Of a DNA stretch of 64,000 nt, positions 41,164 through 53,053 are shown one piece after another. The notes below the pieces were generated by a model. It was not told the origin of the DNA, did not search any database, and saw only the letters and a program-made list of their open reading frames with translations. Origin of the DNA: an uncultured Gemmatimonadales bacterium (GTDB lineage: Bacteria > Gemmatimonadota > Gemmatimonadetes > Longimicrobiales > RSA9); assembly GCA_963798085.1 (NCBI GenBank), contig CAWCRS010000009.1, positions 128,001 through 192,000 on the forward strand. The letters run 5' to 3'. Position numbers and translations under genes: made by a program. Every line of letters begins with the position of its first letter. Positions within the stretch are counted from its first letter, which is position 1.

Positions 41164-42834
41164 TCAGTTCGTGCGAACTTTCCCGTTAGCAACCTGCTCG
41201 GCCAGCTTCATGGCATTGTAGGCATTCACAATGCCGCCCGTGGCGGAGAGCTTGCCGAACGGAACCTTCTCGCCGCTCCGCGAGCCGGGCAGCAGTGCCG
41301 GATGGTCGGCGAGATTCGTGGCTGACTCCATGATGACGCGCTTCACCTCGGCTGCCGTAAGCTGCGGATAATACGCCATGATGAGCGCAGCCAGCCCGCT
41401 CACCACGGGTGCGGCCATGCTGGTGCCGTCTTCCCGCTTGGTGGCATTGCCGGGGATGGTCGAGAGGATGTCGGCGCCGGGCGCGAACACGTCGACTTCG
41501 TCGTGGCCGTAGTTGGAGAACGAAGTGGCCAGAGTATCGCCGCCCTTCCAGGAAGAGGCGCCCACTTCGATCCAGCTGGCGGCGCGGCCGCCGGCACGCA
41601 GCATCGGGTTCGGGAAGTTCTGGTTCTTCGACAGGTCCTCGCCGTCGTTGCCGGCGGCGTGAACCAGCAGCACACCCTTCGCTTCGGCATACTTCACGGC
41701 CTCGTCCACCGCAGGCTTGTACGGCGACCACGCCTTGCCGAAGCTCATGTTGATGATCTGTGCGCCGTTGTCCGCCGCGTAGCGGATGGCATTGGCCACA
41801 TCCTTGTCGCGCTCATCGCCATCGGGCACGGTGCGCACCGACATGATGCGGACTGCCGGTGCAATGCCGTCAATGCCGGTGCCGTTGCCGCGGATGGCGC
41901 CAATGATGCCGGCCACGTGTGTGCCGTGCAGTGCATTCGGACCGGTGACATCATTGTTCCCGTAGTGCCGCTCGCCGGTATCGCCGTAGTTGTCGCCCAC
42001 AATGCTGCGTGGATCGAAGCCCGCATTCAGGCCGTAGTCGTTCTGCGTCTGGTACTCCTTCTTCGCTTCGGCAATGTCATCGGGCGTGATGCCGTTGGCC
42101 GCCAGCTGCTGGTAGATCATCTTCGCCTGCTGCACATTGGCGGCGCTCGGATGCAGCGCATTGACGCGCTCGAGCGTGATCGAGTCCGTGCCCAGCGCCT
42201 GGCGCAGCACGGGCAGTGCGCGATCCAGGGCGCCGCCGATCATGCTGATCTGCGCGAGCGTCTGCGAAACCTCCTGCTTCTTGTCGGCGTAACTGGCGTT
42301 GATGCTGTCGCAGGGAAGCTGCGTGGCGGCGGCGCCGCCCTTCTGACACTGCACGTAAAGCCGTGTTACCTCGAACGTGTCCCAGTTCACGTCCTGCCCA
42401 TCCTTGCCGCCAATGAAGTTCCAGCCGTGCACGTCATCAATGTAGCCGTTGCCGTCATCATCCTTGCCGTTGCCCGGGATCTCCTTCTCGTTCGTCCACA
42501 GGTTGGCCCTGAGATCGACGTGCGCCGTGTCCACGCCGCCATCGATCACCGCCACCACCACCGTGCGCTTCGGCTGCCTGCCCGCCAGCAGCTCCTTCTC
42601 CGCCCGCTCCGCGCCAATGCCGTACACGTGATCCGTCACCGGATCCAGCAACTGCCAGTTCGCGGCCGCCGCATGCGCGGCAGGCGCAGCCGGCGAGGGC
42701 GACGCCGCGGGCGGCGTGCGTGCCGGCTGCGCTGTCGTCTCGGGCTGCGGCTGCGGCGCCGGATTCTTCGGCCCCGCCGAGGCACAGGCGGCCAGCACGA
42801 ACGGGAGCAACGCGATCAGAGTGCGCTGGGTCAC
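41164..42834 (-). CDS. S8 family (subtilisin-like) serine peptidase, lipoprotein
   Basis: Lipobox LAAC; catalytic VAVIDGG, HGTHVAG, AAGN, GTSMAAP. Confidence 0.96.
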   Translation of the reverse strand: MTQRTLIALLPFVLAACASAGPKNPAPQPQPETTAQPARTPPAASPSPAAPAAHAAAANWQLLDPVTDHVYGIGAERAEKELLAGRQPKRTVVVAVIDGGVDTAHVDLRANLWTNEKEIPGNGKDDDGNGYIDDVHGWNFIGGKDGQDVNWDTFEVTRLYVQCQKGGAAATQLPCDSINASYADKKQEVSQTLAQISMIGGALDRALPVLRQALGTDSITLERVNALHPSAANVQQAKMIYQQLAANGITPDDIAEAKKEYQTQNDYGLNAGFDPRSIVGDNYGDTGERHYGNNDVTGPNALHGTHVAGIIGAIRGNGTGIDGIAPAVRIMSVRTVPDGDERDKDVANAIRYAADNGAQIINMSFGKAWSPYKPAVDEAVKYAEAKGVLLVHAAGNDGEDLSKNQNFPNPMLRAGGRAASWIEVGASSWKGGDTLATSFSNYGHDEVDVFAPGADILSTIPGNATKREDGTSMAAPVVSGLAALIMAYYPQLTAAEVKRVIMESATNLADHPALLPGSRSGEKVPFGKLSATGGIVNAYNAMKLAEQVANGKVRTN

Positions 42835-43018
42835 GTGAGTATTCCTGAAGGAGTGGCAGTCACACCGGATGCCCGCCGGTCTCTACGGCCGCACAGCCCG
42901 GCGACAGGGTCGCCGACATAGCGCAGCGTTTGCGTGCTTTCGACCGGCGTGCCCCCGAATCTCACCCCCGCGCCCCTCCCCGACAAGTCCCGCCCTTCTC
43001 CACTCCCCACACGCCGCT

Positions 43019-44491
43019 TCACCACTCATTCTTCTGTACCGCAGCGGACGCAGAGGCGGGGGGCCGCCCTCCCCGCCCTCTGCGGTGAAGAGCGTAAAGA
43101 GCGATGCCGAGAAGCTGAGTGAAGAGCAGGACGATGATGATCTTGACGGCGAAGACCTGCCAGCTGGCCACATTGATGATGGGGAACACGGACAGCACGC
43201 AGTAGAGTGCGCTCATGAAGAGGCCGGACAGGGATGCGGCGCGCAGCCAGAGCGGCGGTTTCTCGGACAGGCGGCGGGCTGCGAACACGGGAATGGCGAA
43301 CAGCGAGAGGTACGTAAACGCGTAGAGGATTCCGCCCGCGTTTTCGAGCAGCTGAAACGCTTCCTGCACGCCTACGCCCACCTGGCCGGCCAGCGAGAAA
43401 CCGAGTGTTATGATGCCGACGAACAGAATGGAGTTGATCGGTGTGCGGAAACGCGGGTGCAGCCGCGTGAACCAGGCGGGCAGCAGGCCGTCCCAGCCGG
43501 CCACCATGGGAAGGCGGGTGTTGCCTGCGAAAATGAGCGTTACCGTACCGATCTGGCGGAGCAGCAGCAGGAAGATGAGCACGGGCACAATGAGGCTGGC
43601 GAAGCCCATGCCCTGGAAGCCGATGGTCAGCGTCTGCGGGATCGGGCTGACCAGGTCGATCCTGTCGTAGGGCACGAGCGCGAGTGTGCTGCTCGTGCCC
43701 AGGATGAACATCAGCGCAATGGCGGGCACCGCAATGAGCACGGAGCCGCGAATCGTGCGGGAGGGGTTGCGCGTCTCGCCCGCCAGGATGGCGACATACT
43801 CGAAGCCCGAGAGCGCACCCAGCGCCATCTTGCCGAAGATGTTCAGGCTCAGCGGTGTGAACGCGGGCAGTGATGCCTTCAGCGGGTGGTACGAAGTCAG
43901 CACGCCGCGACGCAGTGCGATGAGTGGCACCAGGATGAGCGCCGTGAACGTCAGAATGTGCGCCACCGCGCCCACATTCTGCAGCCATTTGCTGACGCGC
44001 AGTCCCAGCACCGACACGATGGTGACGCCCACGATGGCCAGCGTGCTGACGAGGGGCGTGTACCACCACGTGCCGGTGAACGCTGCGCCTGCCGGCCCGA
44101 TCAGGTAGGACAGGTTGTTGGCCACGATCACCGCGAACGTCGCCATGATGATGATCGTATAGGCCCAGAGATTCCACGCAGTGAGGAAGCCGAGAAACTC
44201 GCCCAGTCCCTCGCGTGCCCACTGATAGAGCCCGCCCTCGAGCGGCATCAGGCGGTTCAGGTATATGACGACAGCGGCCTGGGGCAGGTAGTACAGCGAA
44301 ATCGCCAGCAGCCAGAAGACGATGTGCGAAGGGCCCAGCTTGGCGGCCGTGCCCACCCAGCCCGAGCCCACCACGTAGAGGATCTGCGTCAGCGCCAGAT
44401 CCGTGAGACCCAGCTCCTTGCGGAAGCCGGCGCTCTTCGCCTGGACTTCCTCAATGCGATCCGCGGTGTGCTCCCGCGCGCTCTCGCTCAC
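43019..44491 (-). CDS. APC family amino acid permease
   Basis: 12 TM helices, EGGLYQW, GFEYVAILAGE, H.RFRTP. Confidence 0.92.
   Translation of the reverse strand: MSESAREHTADRIEEVQAKSAGFRKELGLTDLALTQILYVVGSGWVGTAAKLGPSHIVFWLLAISLYYLPQAAVVIYLNRLMPLEGGLYQWAREGLGEFLGFLTAWNLWAYTIIIMATFAVIVANNLSYLIGPAGAAFTGTWWYTPLVSTLAIVGVTIVSVLGLRVSKWLQNVGAVAHILTFTALILVPLIALRRGVLTSYHPLKASLPAFTPLSLNIFGKMALGALSGFEYVAILAGETRNPSRTIRGSVLIAVPAIALMFILGTSSTLALVPYDRIDLVSPIPQTLTIGFQGMGFASLIVPVLIFLLLLRQIGTVTLIFAGNTRLPMVAGWDGLLPAWFTRLHPRFRTPINSILFVGIITLGFSLAGQVGVGVQEAFQLLENAGGILYAFTYLSLFAIPVFAARRLSEKPPLWLRAASLSGLFMSALYCVLSVFPIINVASWQVFAVKIIIVLLFTQLLGIALYALHRRGRGGRPPASASAAVQKNEW
43038..43092. repeat. REP-like palindrome at the 3' end of the APC permease
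   Basis: ACCGCAG...CTCTGCGGTGAAGAG, related to the 7541-7699 repeat arms. Confidence 0.5.
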
Positions 44492-44600
44492 AGCGTGTTA
44501 CCACGGGCCGGAGCAGGGGCGGGCCCGCCCACGACCACGGCCCGCGGTGCCGCGAACACGGCTGTCAGCAGAGCGGCGCACGCCGGGCTGTCGCTGGCCA

Positions 44601-45899
44601 TCACTCCGCGAGGCGGATGCCGCTGGTGTCGGGGAACGCGAGAATGAGCAGCGCGCCCGCCAGAAAGAATGCCGACGTCAAGCCCAGTGCCGAGCCGATG
44701 CCGACGTGCGGAATGGTGGCGAGTACGCCGATGGTGAAAGGCGCGAGCGCGCCGGCGGCACGGCCGCCATTGTAAGTGAGGCCCTGCCCGGTGGCCCTCG
44801 CCGCGGTGGGAAACAACTCGGCCAGGAACGCGCCGAACAGGCTGAAGTAGCCGTGTCCCACGAAGCCCAGCACCGGCCCCAGCACCATCAGGATGATCGG
44901 ATTCCTCGCCATCTGACCGTAGATGGGCACGAGGATCGCCGCTGTAGTCAGAAACAGAATGAAGGTGAGCCTTCGGCCGATGCGATCCGCGATGAAGCCG
45001 AAGGACAGATAACCGAAATACGCGCCAATCTGCATCGGGATGATGAAGCCGATCGACTTCACCACGCTCATGCCGGCGCCGCCCTGCTCGAGGGGCCTGG
45101 CCAGGAACGACGGCAGCCAGAAGAAGAGGCCCCAGTAACCGAACTGCACACACGTGGTCAGCAATGTCGCCAGCACAGTCGTGCGCCAGAGCGAGCGACT
45201 GAACAGCACGGCGAAGGGATTGGCGCGCGCTTCCGCCTGCGCATCACGGCGGCGCCAGAGCACGGGCTCGGGCACTTTGCGCCGCACCCAGAACACGGCC
45301 AGTGCAGGCAGCGTGCCGGACAGGAACAGCCAGCGCCACGCATTCGGCCCGAGGTGCAGTGTGTCGAGGATCAGCGCCGAGAGCAGGGCCGCGAGTATGT
45401 AACCCAGCGCCCAGCCGGATTGCATGATGCTGATGGCCTTCGTGCGATGCTCGGGCGGCCACGTCTCACTCACCAGCACCGCGCCCGATGTCCACTCCCC
45501 GCCCATGCCCAGGCCCAGCAGCGAGCGCCACAGCATCAGCTGCAGCAGACTCTGCGATGTCGCGGCGCCGGCGGAGCAGAAGGAGAAGATCAGGATCGTC
45601 GCCATGAGTGCGCGTGTGCGCCCCACGCGATCCGCCACCACACCGAACAGCAGGCCGCCTGTCGCTGATGTCAGCAGTGTTACCGTGCCCAGCAGACCCG
45701 CGGCCGCATCGTCGAAACCGAAATACGTCTTGAGTCGCCCGATCGCCATCACATAGATCAGGAAATCCATGGCATCGAGCATCCAGCCGAGCTTGGCGGC
45801 GATCAGCGTTCGCCATTGCTCGCGCGTGATCGTGCGATACCACGGAACAGCAAGGGCCGGGGCGGCGGAGTGCAGCGTCGAAGGTGGCGCTTCGCTCAT
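44601..45899 (-). CDS. MFS transporter
   Basis: GWMLDAMD, ADRVGR, GLGMGGEW, ELFPTAARATG. Confidence 0.94.
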   Translation of the reverse strand: MSEAPPSTLHSAAPALAVPWYRTITREQWRTLIAAKLGWMLDAMDFLIYVMAIGRLKTYFGFDDAAAGLLGTVTLLTSATGGLLFGVVADRVGRTRALMATILIFSFCSAGAATSQSLLQLMLWRSLLGLGMGGEWTSGAVLVSETWPPEHRTKAISIMQSGWALGYILAALLSALILDTLHLGPNAWRWLFLSGTLPALAVFWVRRKVPEPVLWRRRDAQAEARANPFAVLFSRSLWRTTVLATLLTTCVQFGYWGLFFWLPSFLARPLEQGGAGMSVVKSIGFIIPMQIGAYFGYLSFGFIADRIGRRLTFILFLTTAAILVPIYGQMARNPIILMVLGPVLGFVGHGYFSLFGAFLAELFPTAARATGQGLTYNGGRAAGALAPFTIGVLATIPHVGIGSALGLTSAFFLAGALLILAFPDTSGIRLAE

Positions 45900-46058
45900 G
45901 ATTGCAGTCTCCTGCCGCGCGGGAGCAGGCACCGGGCGGGGCGATGTCGGTGGTTACCGGCTGCCTAACCTGCGCGCCGGCCCGCAATGGGGCAAGACGA
46001 GAGCGACGCTGGTCCAGCTTCGCTCAGCGCACGCAACGCGCTGGAGCACAGCAGCGGA

Positions 46059-47525
46059 TTACACGGATTGCAGGCGACGATTCTCGATCCAGCTCTGCAC
46101 CGCGGCCGCGGCCCGTGTGGCCGAGCCGATGGTGTCGGGAATGCCGACACCATGATACGAGCTGCCGGCCAGGAACAGGCCCGGCAGCGCCGCAGCCTGC
46201 TGCTCCACGGCCGCCACGCGCTCGAGATGTCCGGGCGAGTACTGTGGCATCGCGTGCGGAAAGCGATACAGCCGGTGCCAGCGCGGTGAGGAGCCGATGC
46301 CGCTCGCCGCACGCAGCTCGGCCCGCACGAGCCGCAACGCATCCGGCTCGGCAATGTCTGCCACGCCATCGCCGGAGAGAAAGGCGCGCATGAGGAACGC
46401 TTCTGCTGGCGCGCGGTCCGCGAACTTCTGCGATGTCCATGTGCAGGCGGTCACGCGCACGCCCTCGCCGCGCCCGTTGAGATAGCCGTGACCCGGCGGC
46501 AATGCGCGCAGCGCGTCGCGATCGAATGCCAGGTGCAGCACGGCCGCCGAGCCGAATTGCACTCCCGCCAGCAACGCCGCAAGCCCGGGCGCAACGTCGC
46601 GCAGCATGCCGGCCGCGGTGTGCGCAGGCAATGCCAGCACGACGGCATCAGCGCAGATCGTGGCGCCGCGTATCGTGCGCGCATACCAGCCATCGTCCGC
46701 GAGGTCGAGCGACTGCACGGCCTCGCCGGCGCGCACGTCGCAGTCCGTCAGGGCCGCGCTCAGCGCATCAATGAGGCGGCCCATGCCGCCGCGCAGTGTG
46801 AGGAACGCGCCCAGCGGATGCGCTGTCGCGGCGCCGCCCCGGTTGCGGGCGAGACGCAGGCCGCGCAGTACGCTGCCCGCGCGCTGCTCTGCTTCCACGA
46901 GCGCGGGAAACGTCGCGCGGATGCTGAGGTTCTCGCCGCTGCCGCCGTGAATCCCGCCCAGCAGCGGCTCGATCAGCCACTCGCTGGCTTCGCGGCCGAA
47001 GCGGCGCCGGGCGAACGCCGCCACACTCTCATCACCGGTCGGCGCGCCCCGCGGCAGCACCAGGTCCAGCGCGGCGCGCAGCCGGCCCGGCCAGGAGAGC
47101 ACGCGTGCCCCTAACCACGCGTCAGGACTGGCCGGCACCACGCCACTCATGCCCTCGGGCAGCGGAAACAGCTTGTTATCGCGCCGGATGCAGCTGCGCC
47201 GCCGGGCCGGCTGTGTGCCCTGCAGCGCGGCCTCGAGCCCCAGCCGGCGCAGCAGCGGCAGGATGTGCGGGCGCGTGCCCAGGAAGCTGTCCGCGCCGGC
47301 ATCGACGACGAAGCCATCGAAGCGTTCGGTGACAATGCGCCCGCCCAGGCGGGTGTCCGCCTCGGCGATGACCACACGCGGCTGATCGGCAGATGAGGCC
47401 GCGGCGTGACGCAGCGGTGGTGAGGCCGTGTCGTCGCCTGCATCATGCCCGTGCAGCAGCCGATACGCAGCGGTCAGGCCGGCCAGGCCGCCGCCCACCA
47501 CGAGCACACGCGGCGCTTCGCTCAC
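46059..47525 (-). CDS. hemY: HemY-type protoporphyrinogen/coproporphyrinogen oxidase
   Basis: VVGGGLAGL FAD-binding, RLGG, GADSF, EPLLGGIHG, MPQY..GH, GVGIPD. Confidence 0.92.
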   Translation of the reverse strand: MSEAPRVLVVGGGLAGLTAAYRLLHGHDAGDDTASPPLRHAAASSADQPRVVIAEADTRLGGRIVTERFDGFVVDAGADSFLGTRPHILPLLRRLGLEAALQGTQPARRRSCIRRDNKLFPLPEGMSGVVPASPDAWLGARVLSWPGRLRAALDLVLPRGAPTGDESVAAFARRRFGREASEWLIEPLLGGIHGGSGENLSIRATFPALVEAEQRAGSVLRGLRLARNRGGAATAHPLGAFLTLRGGMGRLIDALSAALTDCDVRAGEAVQSLDLADDGWYARTIRGATICADAVVLALPAHTAAGMLRDVAPGLAALLAGVQFGSAAVLHLAFDRDALRALPPGHGYLNGRGEGVRVTACTWTSQKFADRAPAEAFLMRAFLSGDGVADIAEPDALRLVRAELRAASGIGSSPRWHRLYRFPHAMPQYSPGHLERVAAVEQQAAALPGLFLAGSSYHGVGIPDTIGSATRAAAAVQSWIENRRLQSV

Positions 47526-48436
47526 AGCCAGCCCGCGTTCTGCATTTCCTCGTGCACCAGTCGCGCCAGGCCGCGCATCATGCGCGCATCATCGTTCATC
47601 ATCGCGATGCGCTCGAGCTGCATGCCCAGCGCCGCGGCCTGCTCGCGGTACTCGATGTCGATGTCGAACAGGATCTCGACGTGCTCGGAGGTGAAGCCGA
47701 TGGGCACGAGCAGCACGGCGTTCCCGCCGGCCGCCGCGAGCTGGTCGATGATTGCGCCCGCATCCGGGCCCAGCCACGGCTCGGGCGTCATTGCGGCCGA
47801 CTGGTAGGCGAAATGGCAGGCGTGTCCGGGGAAGCGCGCGCGCACGGCCTCGAACGTGGCGCGCAGCTGGTCCGCGTAGGGATCGTCCTCCGCGAGGATG
47901 CGCTGCGGCAGGCTGTGCGCCGTGAAGACGAGCGGCACGCGATTGCGCAGATCGGCGGGGAAGCGCTGCAGCGCATCGAACACGCGCGCCTGCACAGTCT
48001 CGATATATTCGGGCAGCAGATGCCACGACTCGATCATGCGCAGATCCACGGTGGTGCCAGCCGCTCTCGCCTTGCGCTCGTAGGCGCCAATGCTCATGCG
48101 CGAGAAGTGCGGCGCCATCACCAGGCCAATGGCGCGTTCCACGCCATCCGCTTCCATGCCGTGCAGCGTGTCCCCGATGTAGGGACGCCAGTGGCGCATG
48201 CCAATGTACACGCGCGCCGGCACCGCCAGTTCGCCCAGTGCCCGTTCGAGCGCGGCGGCCTGCGCGCGCGTGCGCTCGAGGATGGGCGAGCGCCCGCCAA
48301 TGCGCGCGTAGCGCTCGCGCATTTCCTCGATCACGGCGGGCGGCGTCGGGCGGTGATTGCGAACATCCATGATATACGGCTCGACATCCTCGAGGCAGTC
48401 CGGCCCGCCGTACGCCATGACCAGCACACCGATCAT
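47522..48436 (-). CDS. hemH: Ferrochelatase (coproporphyrin ferrochelatase, CpfC-like)
   Basis: MAYGGP, GMRHWRPYI, FTAHSLP, YQS...PWLGP, EHVEILFDID. Short, with no C-terminal extension. Confidence 0.93.
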   Translation of the reverse strand: MIGVLVMAYGGPDCLEDVEPYIMDVRNHRPTPPAVIEEMRERYARIGGRSPILERTRAQAAALERALGELAVPARVYIGMRHWRPYIGDTLHGMEADGVERAIGLVMAPHFSRMSIGAYERKARAAGTTVDLRMIESWHLLPEYIETVQARVFDALQRFPADLRNRVPLVFTAHSLPQRILAEDDPYADQLRATFEAVRARFPGHACHFAYQSAAMTPEPWLGPDAGAIIDQLAAAGGNAVLLVPIGFTSEHVEILFDIDIEYREQAAALGMQLERIAMMNDDARMMRGLARLVHEEMQNAGWL

Positions 48437-49577
48437 GCGTCGTCCTGCACGCCGGAGGACTCGTAGTGCCGCACCGTGTCGACCAGCGCCTGCACGTTCT
48501 CCAGCGGCGTTTCCGGCAGCAGGCCATGTCCGAGATTGAAGATGTGGCCGGGCCGGCCGGCGGCCTGCGGCCAGAATCGCCCGCACCCGCGCTCCACCTC
48601 GCCGCGCGGCGCGAACAGCGCGGCCGGGTCGAGATTGCCCTGCACGCCGCGGTCGTCGCCCGACGCGGCGCCAGCCTCGGCAAGCGGGACGCGCCAGTCC
48701 AGGCCGATCACAGCGCCGCCCGCCTCGCGCATCAGCGCAGCAGGCCGCCCGCGCCCACGCCGAAGTGGATGGCCGGCACGCCCGTCGCCCGCACGGCATC
48801 GAAGACGCGTGCGGAGTGCGCGAGCACGTAATCGCGATAATCATCGGGTCCGAGCCAGCCCACCCAGCTGTCGAACAGCTGGACCACGTCTCGCGCCCGC
48901 CCGCACCTGCGCCACCAGATAATCCGCTGTTACCGTGGCGAGCTTCTCGAGCAGCACGTGCAAAACCGCGGGCTCGCGATAGAGCAGTGACTTGGTGCGC
49001 AGGAACTGCCGCGACGTGCCGCCCTCGATGAGGTAACTCGCCAGCGTGAAGGGCGCGCCGGCAAAGCCGATCAGCGCCAGTTCGGGCGGCAGGCTGGCGC
49101 GCACTGGCGCAACGCCTCCAGGGTTGGTGCCAGTGCGCTCTCGATATCGACGGGCCGGAGCGCGCCACATCGCGCGCACAGCTGATGGGGTTGCGGATCA
49201 CCGGTCCCTCGCCGTCGCCGAAACTCCACCTCGACGCCCATGGGCACGAGCGGCAGCAGGATGTCGGCGAACATGATGGCGGCATCCAGGCCCGAAGCGG
49301 CGCACTGGCTGGAGCTGACCTCAGTCGCCAGCTCGGGCAGCGCGCAGATCTCGAGCAGCGAATGACGGGCGCGCATGTCGCGGTATTCCGGCAGGTAGCG
49401 GCCCGCCTGTCGCATGAGCCATACCGGCGTACGCGGCAGCGCGCGCAGCCGGCAGGCATCCACCAGCAGCGGCGTCGCGGGCACTGGCATGACGGTATCG
49501 TCCATCGATACAGCCCCGCCGTTCGCCGCCAGCGGCATGCGACCGGCGCCATTGCGTTCCGGCGCGCTGTCGCTCAC
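48433..49577 (-). CDS. hemE: Uroporphyrinogen decarboxylase (frameshifted)
   Basis: [52 protein letters not shown]. Confidence 0.93.
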
Positions 49578-50279
49578 GGCCAGAGCGTTTCGATCCGCAG
49601 GATTGCGCAGAATGGCGGTGTGCACGGGCGTGTCTCCCTTCGTGTAGTGGCGGGCTTCGTTCAGCGCAGATCGTTGACCAGATCGAGAACTGCGCCAGAT
49701 CGTCCGTCTCGTACACCACCACGAACTCCTGATCTTGCAGTCCGAATCGAGTAGAGCAGCAGCTGGCTGATCTCGCGATACTGCTTGCCGATGCGGATGT
49801 GCTCGTTCATCATGCCCTGGCGCGCGTCCCGGCTCATCAGGTACCAGTCGTCGGTCTTAACGAACGGGTACATCACCAGATACGGCTGTCGCGCGCTTCG
49901 GAAAAGGGATCGATCTCCTGGCGCGAGCGCGTCTTGGTGTACTGCGAGGGCCGCGTGTAAGCCCCAGAGCACGTCGCGCCGGTGCGCAGGTAGCGGCCGG
50001 AACGGGCGGTAACGCGCGACCATAGGCATTCGAAGAAGCGAGGCGTGGCCTGCAGGTCGCCACCGGCCAGCGCGCTCCAACGACCAGGATATCGCTCCTC
50101 TCCGCCGGGAAGCTGGTAAGGTGCACGCCGCGGCCGCCGGCGCGCAGGCCGTCCAGCCCACGGTGCGGCGCAGATCGGCGCGCGCCGCCGGCGACGAGGC
50201 CCAATAAGCTTCCGTCAAGGCGTGAGCGCGAAATGATTGAGCGAGCGCGTGCCGGCGACGACCGTTTCTGCCGGCTCGG

Positions 50280-50298
<19 letters not shown>
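49574..50298 (-). CDS. chdC: Chlorite dismutase family protein, probably coproheme decarboxylase ChdC/HemQ (frameshifted)
   Basis: YPFVKT.DWYLM...[29 protein letters not shown], located inside a hem operon. Confidence 0.8.
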
Positions 50299-51332
<1,034 letters not shown>

Positions 51333-51336
<4 letters not shown>

Positions 51337-52133
51337 GATCGGGCCTCCTGCGCCATCGCATCCGCGGCGTGCGCGAGCATGGCGCGCACCAGTCCCGCGG
51401 TGGTGTGTTCAGCAGCCTCGACGTGTACGGCGAGGTCCGCCGCGCGCGCGGCGGCGCTGGTAACCGGGCCAATGCTGGCAATGCGCGCGTCCGCCATCGC
51501 GACGCGCCACGCATCACCCAGCACACGCTGCAGCCCGCGCACGGTCGATGGGCTCGTGAAGGTGATCCAGTCGACACCATCGTGCAGCAGGCCAGCGGCG
51601 GCGCGGGCATCAATGGCGCGTTCCACAGTCCGGTAGGCAGCGACCTCGTCGACATGCGCGCCCTGCGCGCGCAGCCGGCGGGGCAGCGCATCACCGGCAA
51701 TGTCCGCACGCAGCAGCAGGAACCGCAGACCGCGCACGCGGCCCACCGCATCGGCAATGCGCTCGGCCAGATACTCGGTGGGCACAGCCGCGGGCTGCAC
51801 GTGCCACGCGTCGAGCGCCTGCGTCGTAGCCGGGCCGATGGCCGCCACACGCACGGATCCAAACAGCGCATTCGCACGTCCGTCATGCAGTCCCAGCGCT
51901 TGCGCCCTCGACATGACGCTGCGCACGCCGTTCGCGCTGGTGAACACGACCCAGTCGTACGCGGCAAGGGCCGCGAGCGACTGGTCCAGCGCACGCCACG
52001 ACAGGGGCGGGGCGATGTCGATGACCGGCAGCCGAACCGGCTCGGCGCCGGCGGCGCTGAGCAGCGCGCACAGCTCGCCGGCCTGCGATTCCGGCCGCGT
52101 GACCAGCACGCGAAGCCCGCGCAGATCGCTCAT
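51333..52133 (-). CDS. hemD: Uroporphyrinogen-III synthase
   Basis: VLVTRP, FTSANGV, AIGPAT, FTSPSTV, SIGPVT. Confidence 0.93.
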
Positions 52134-53053
52134 GGCAGCAGCGCCGCCGCGCCTTCGCGCAGCGCCTCCGTCGCAAGGCGCCGGCCCAGCGCTTCCGCCT
52201 CAGCGACCGCACCACGGCCGTGCACACGCACGCGTACGCTGCCATCCACCGCCGTGACTTCGCCACGCAGCAGGATGATACCGTCCTGCGCGCTGGCGTG
52301 AGCCGCGACCGGCAGCGAGCAGCCACCGCCCAGTCCAGCGAGGAAGGCGCGCTCGGCGGCGGTACAGGCGCGGGTGAGCGGTTCGTCAATGGCGAGCAGC
52401 TGGCCACGCACGGCATCGTCGTCCGCACGGCACTGCACGGCCAGCGCCCCCTGGCCGGGCGCGGGCAACACGAGTGCCGCGTCTAACAGCTCTGTTATGC
52501 GGGCGGCCAGACCGAGGCGCATCAGGCCGGCAGCCGCGAGAATGGTGGCATCGTACTCGCCGGCATCCACGCGGGCCACCCGCGTTTCGACATTGCCGCG
52601 GATCGAGCGGGTGACGAGATCGGGCCGCAGCGCGCGCAGCTGGGCGCTCCGCCGCGTACTCGATGTGCCCACGATCGCGCCGCCGGGCAAGGCAGCGAGC
52701 GGCGTGCCCGTGCGCGCCACCAGCGCATCACGGGCATCGGCGCGCAGGCACACGGCCGCGATGACGAGATCCTGCGGCGCCTCGACAGGCAGATCCTTGA
52801 GCGAGTGCACCGCGGCATTGATCTCACCGGCACGCAGCGCGTGTTCCAGCGCTTCGGTGAATACGCCTTTGCCGCCGATCGCGGGCAATGGGGAATGACG
52901 ATCCTGATCACCGCGCGTGTGGAAGGTGCGTTCTTCGGTGCGGCAGCCGGCTGCAGTTGCGAGGCGGGCGGCGACCAGCCGCGTCTGGGCCAGAGCCAGA
53001 GAGGAAGCGCGCGTTCCCAGCCGCAGCAGCTGCGTGGCCGGGAGCGCCGTCAT
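52130..53053 (-). CDS. hemC: Hydroxymethylbilane synthase
   Basis: GTRASSLALAQ, GGKGVF, VHSLKD, GTSSTRR, IRGNV, GGGCSLP. Confidence 0.96.
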   Translation of the reverse strand: MTALPATQLLRLGTRASSLALAQTRLVAARLATAAGCRTEERTFHTRGDQDRHSPLPAIGGKGVFTEALEHALRAGEINAAVHSLKDLPVEAPQDLVIAAVCLRADARDALVARTGTPLAALPGGAIVGTSSTRRSAQLRALRPDLVTRSIRGNVETRVARVDAGEYDATILAAAGLMRLGLAARITELLDAALVLPAPGQGALAVQCRADDDAVRGQLLAIDEPLTRACTAAERAFLAGLGGGCSLPVAAHASAQDGIILLRGEVTAVDGSVRVRVHGRGAVAEAEALGRRLATEALREGAAALLP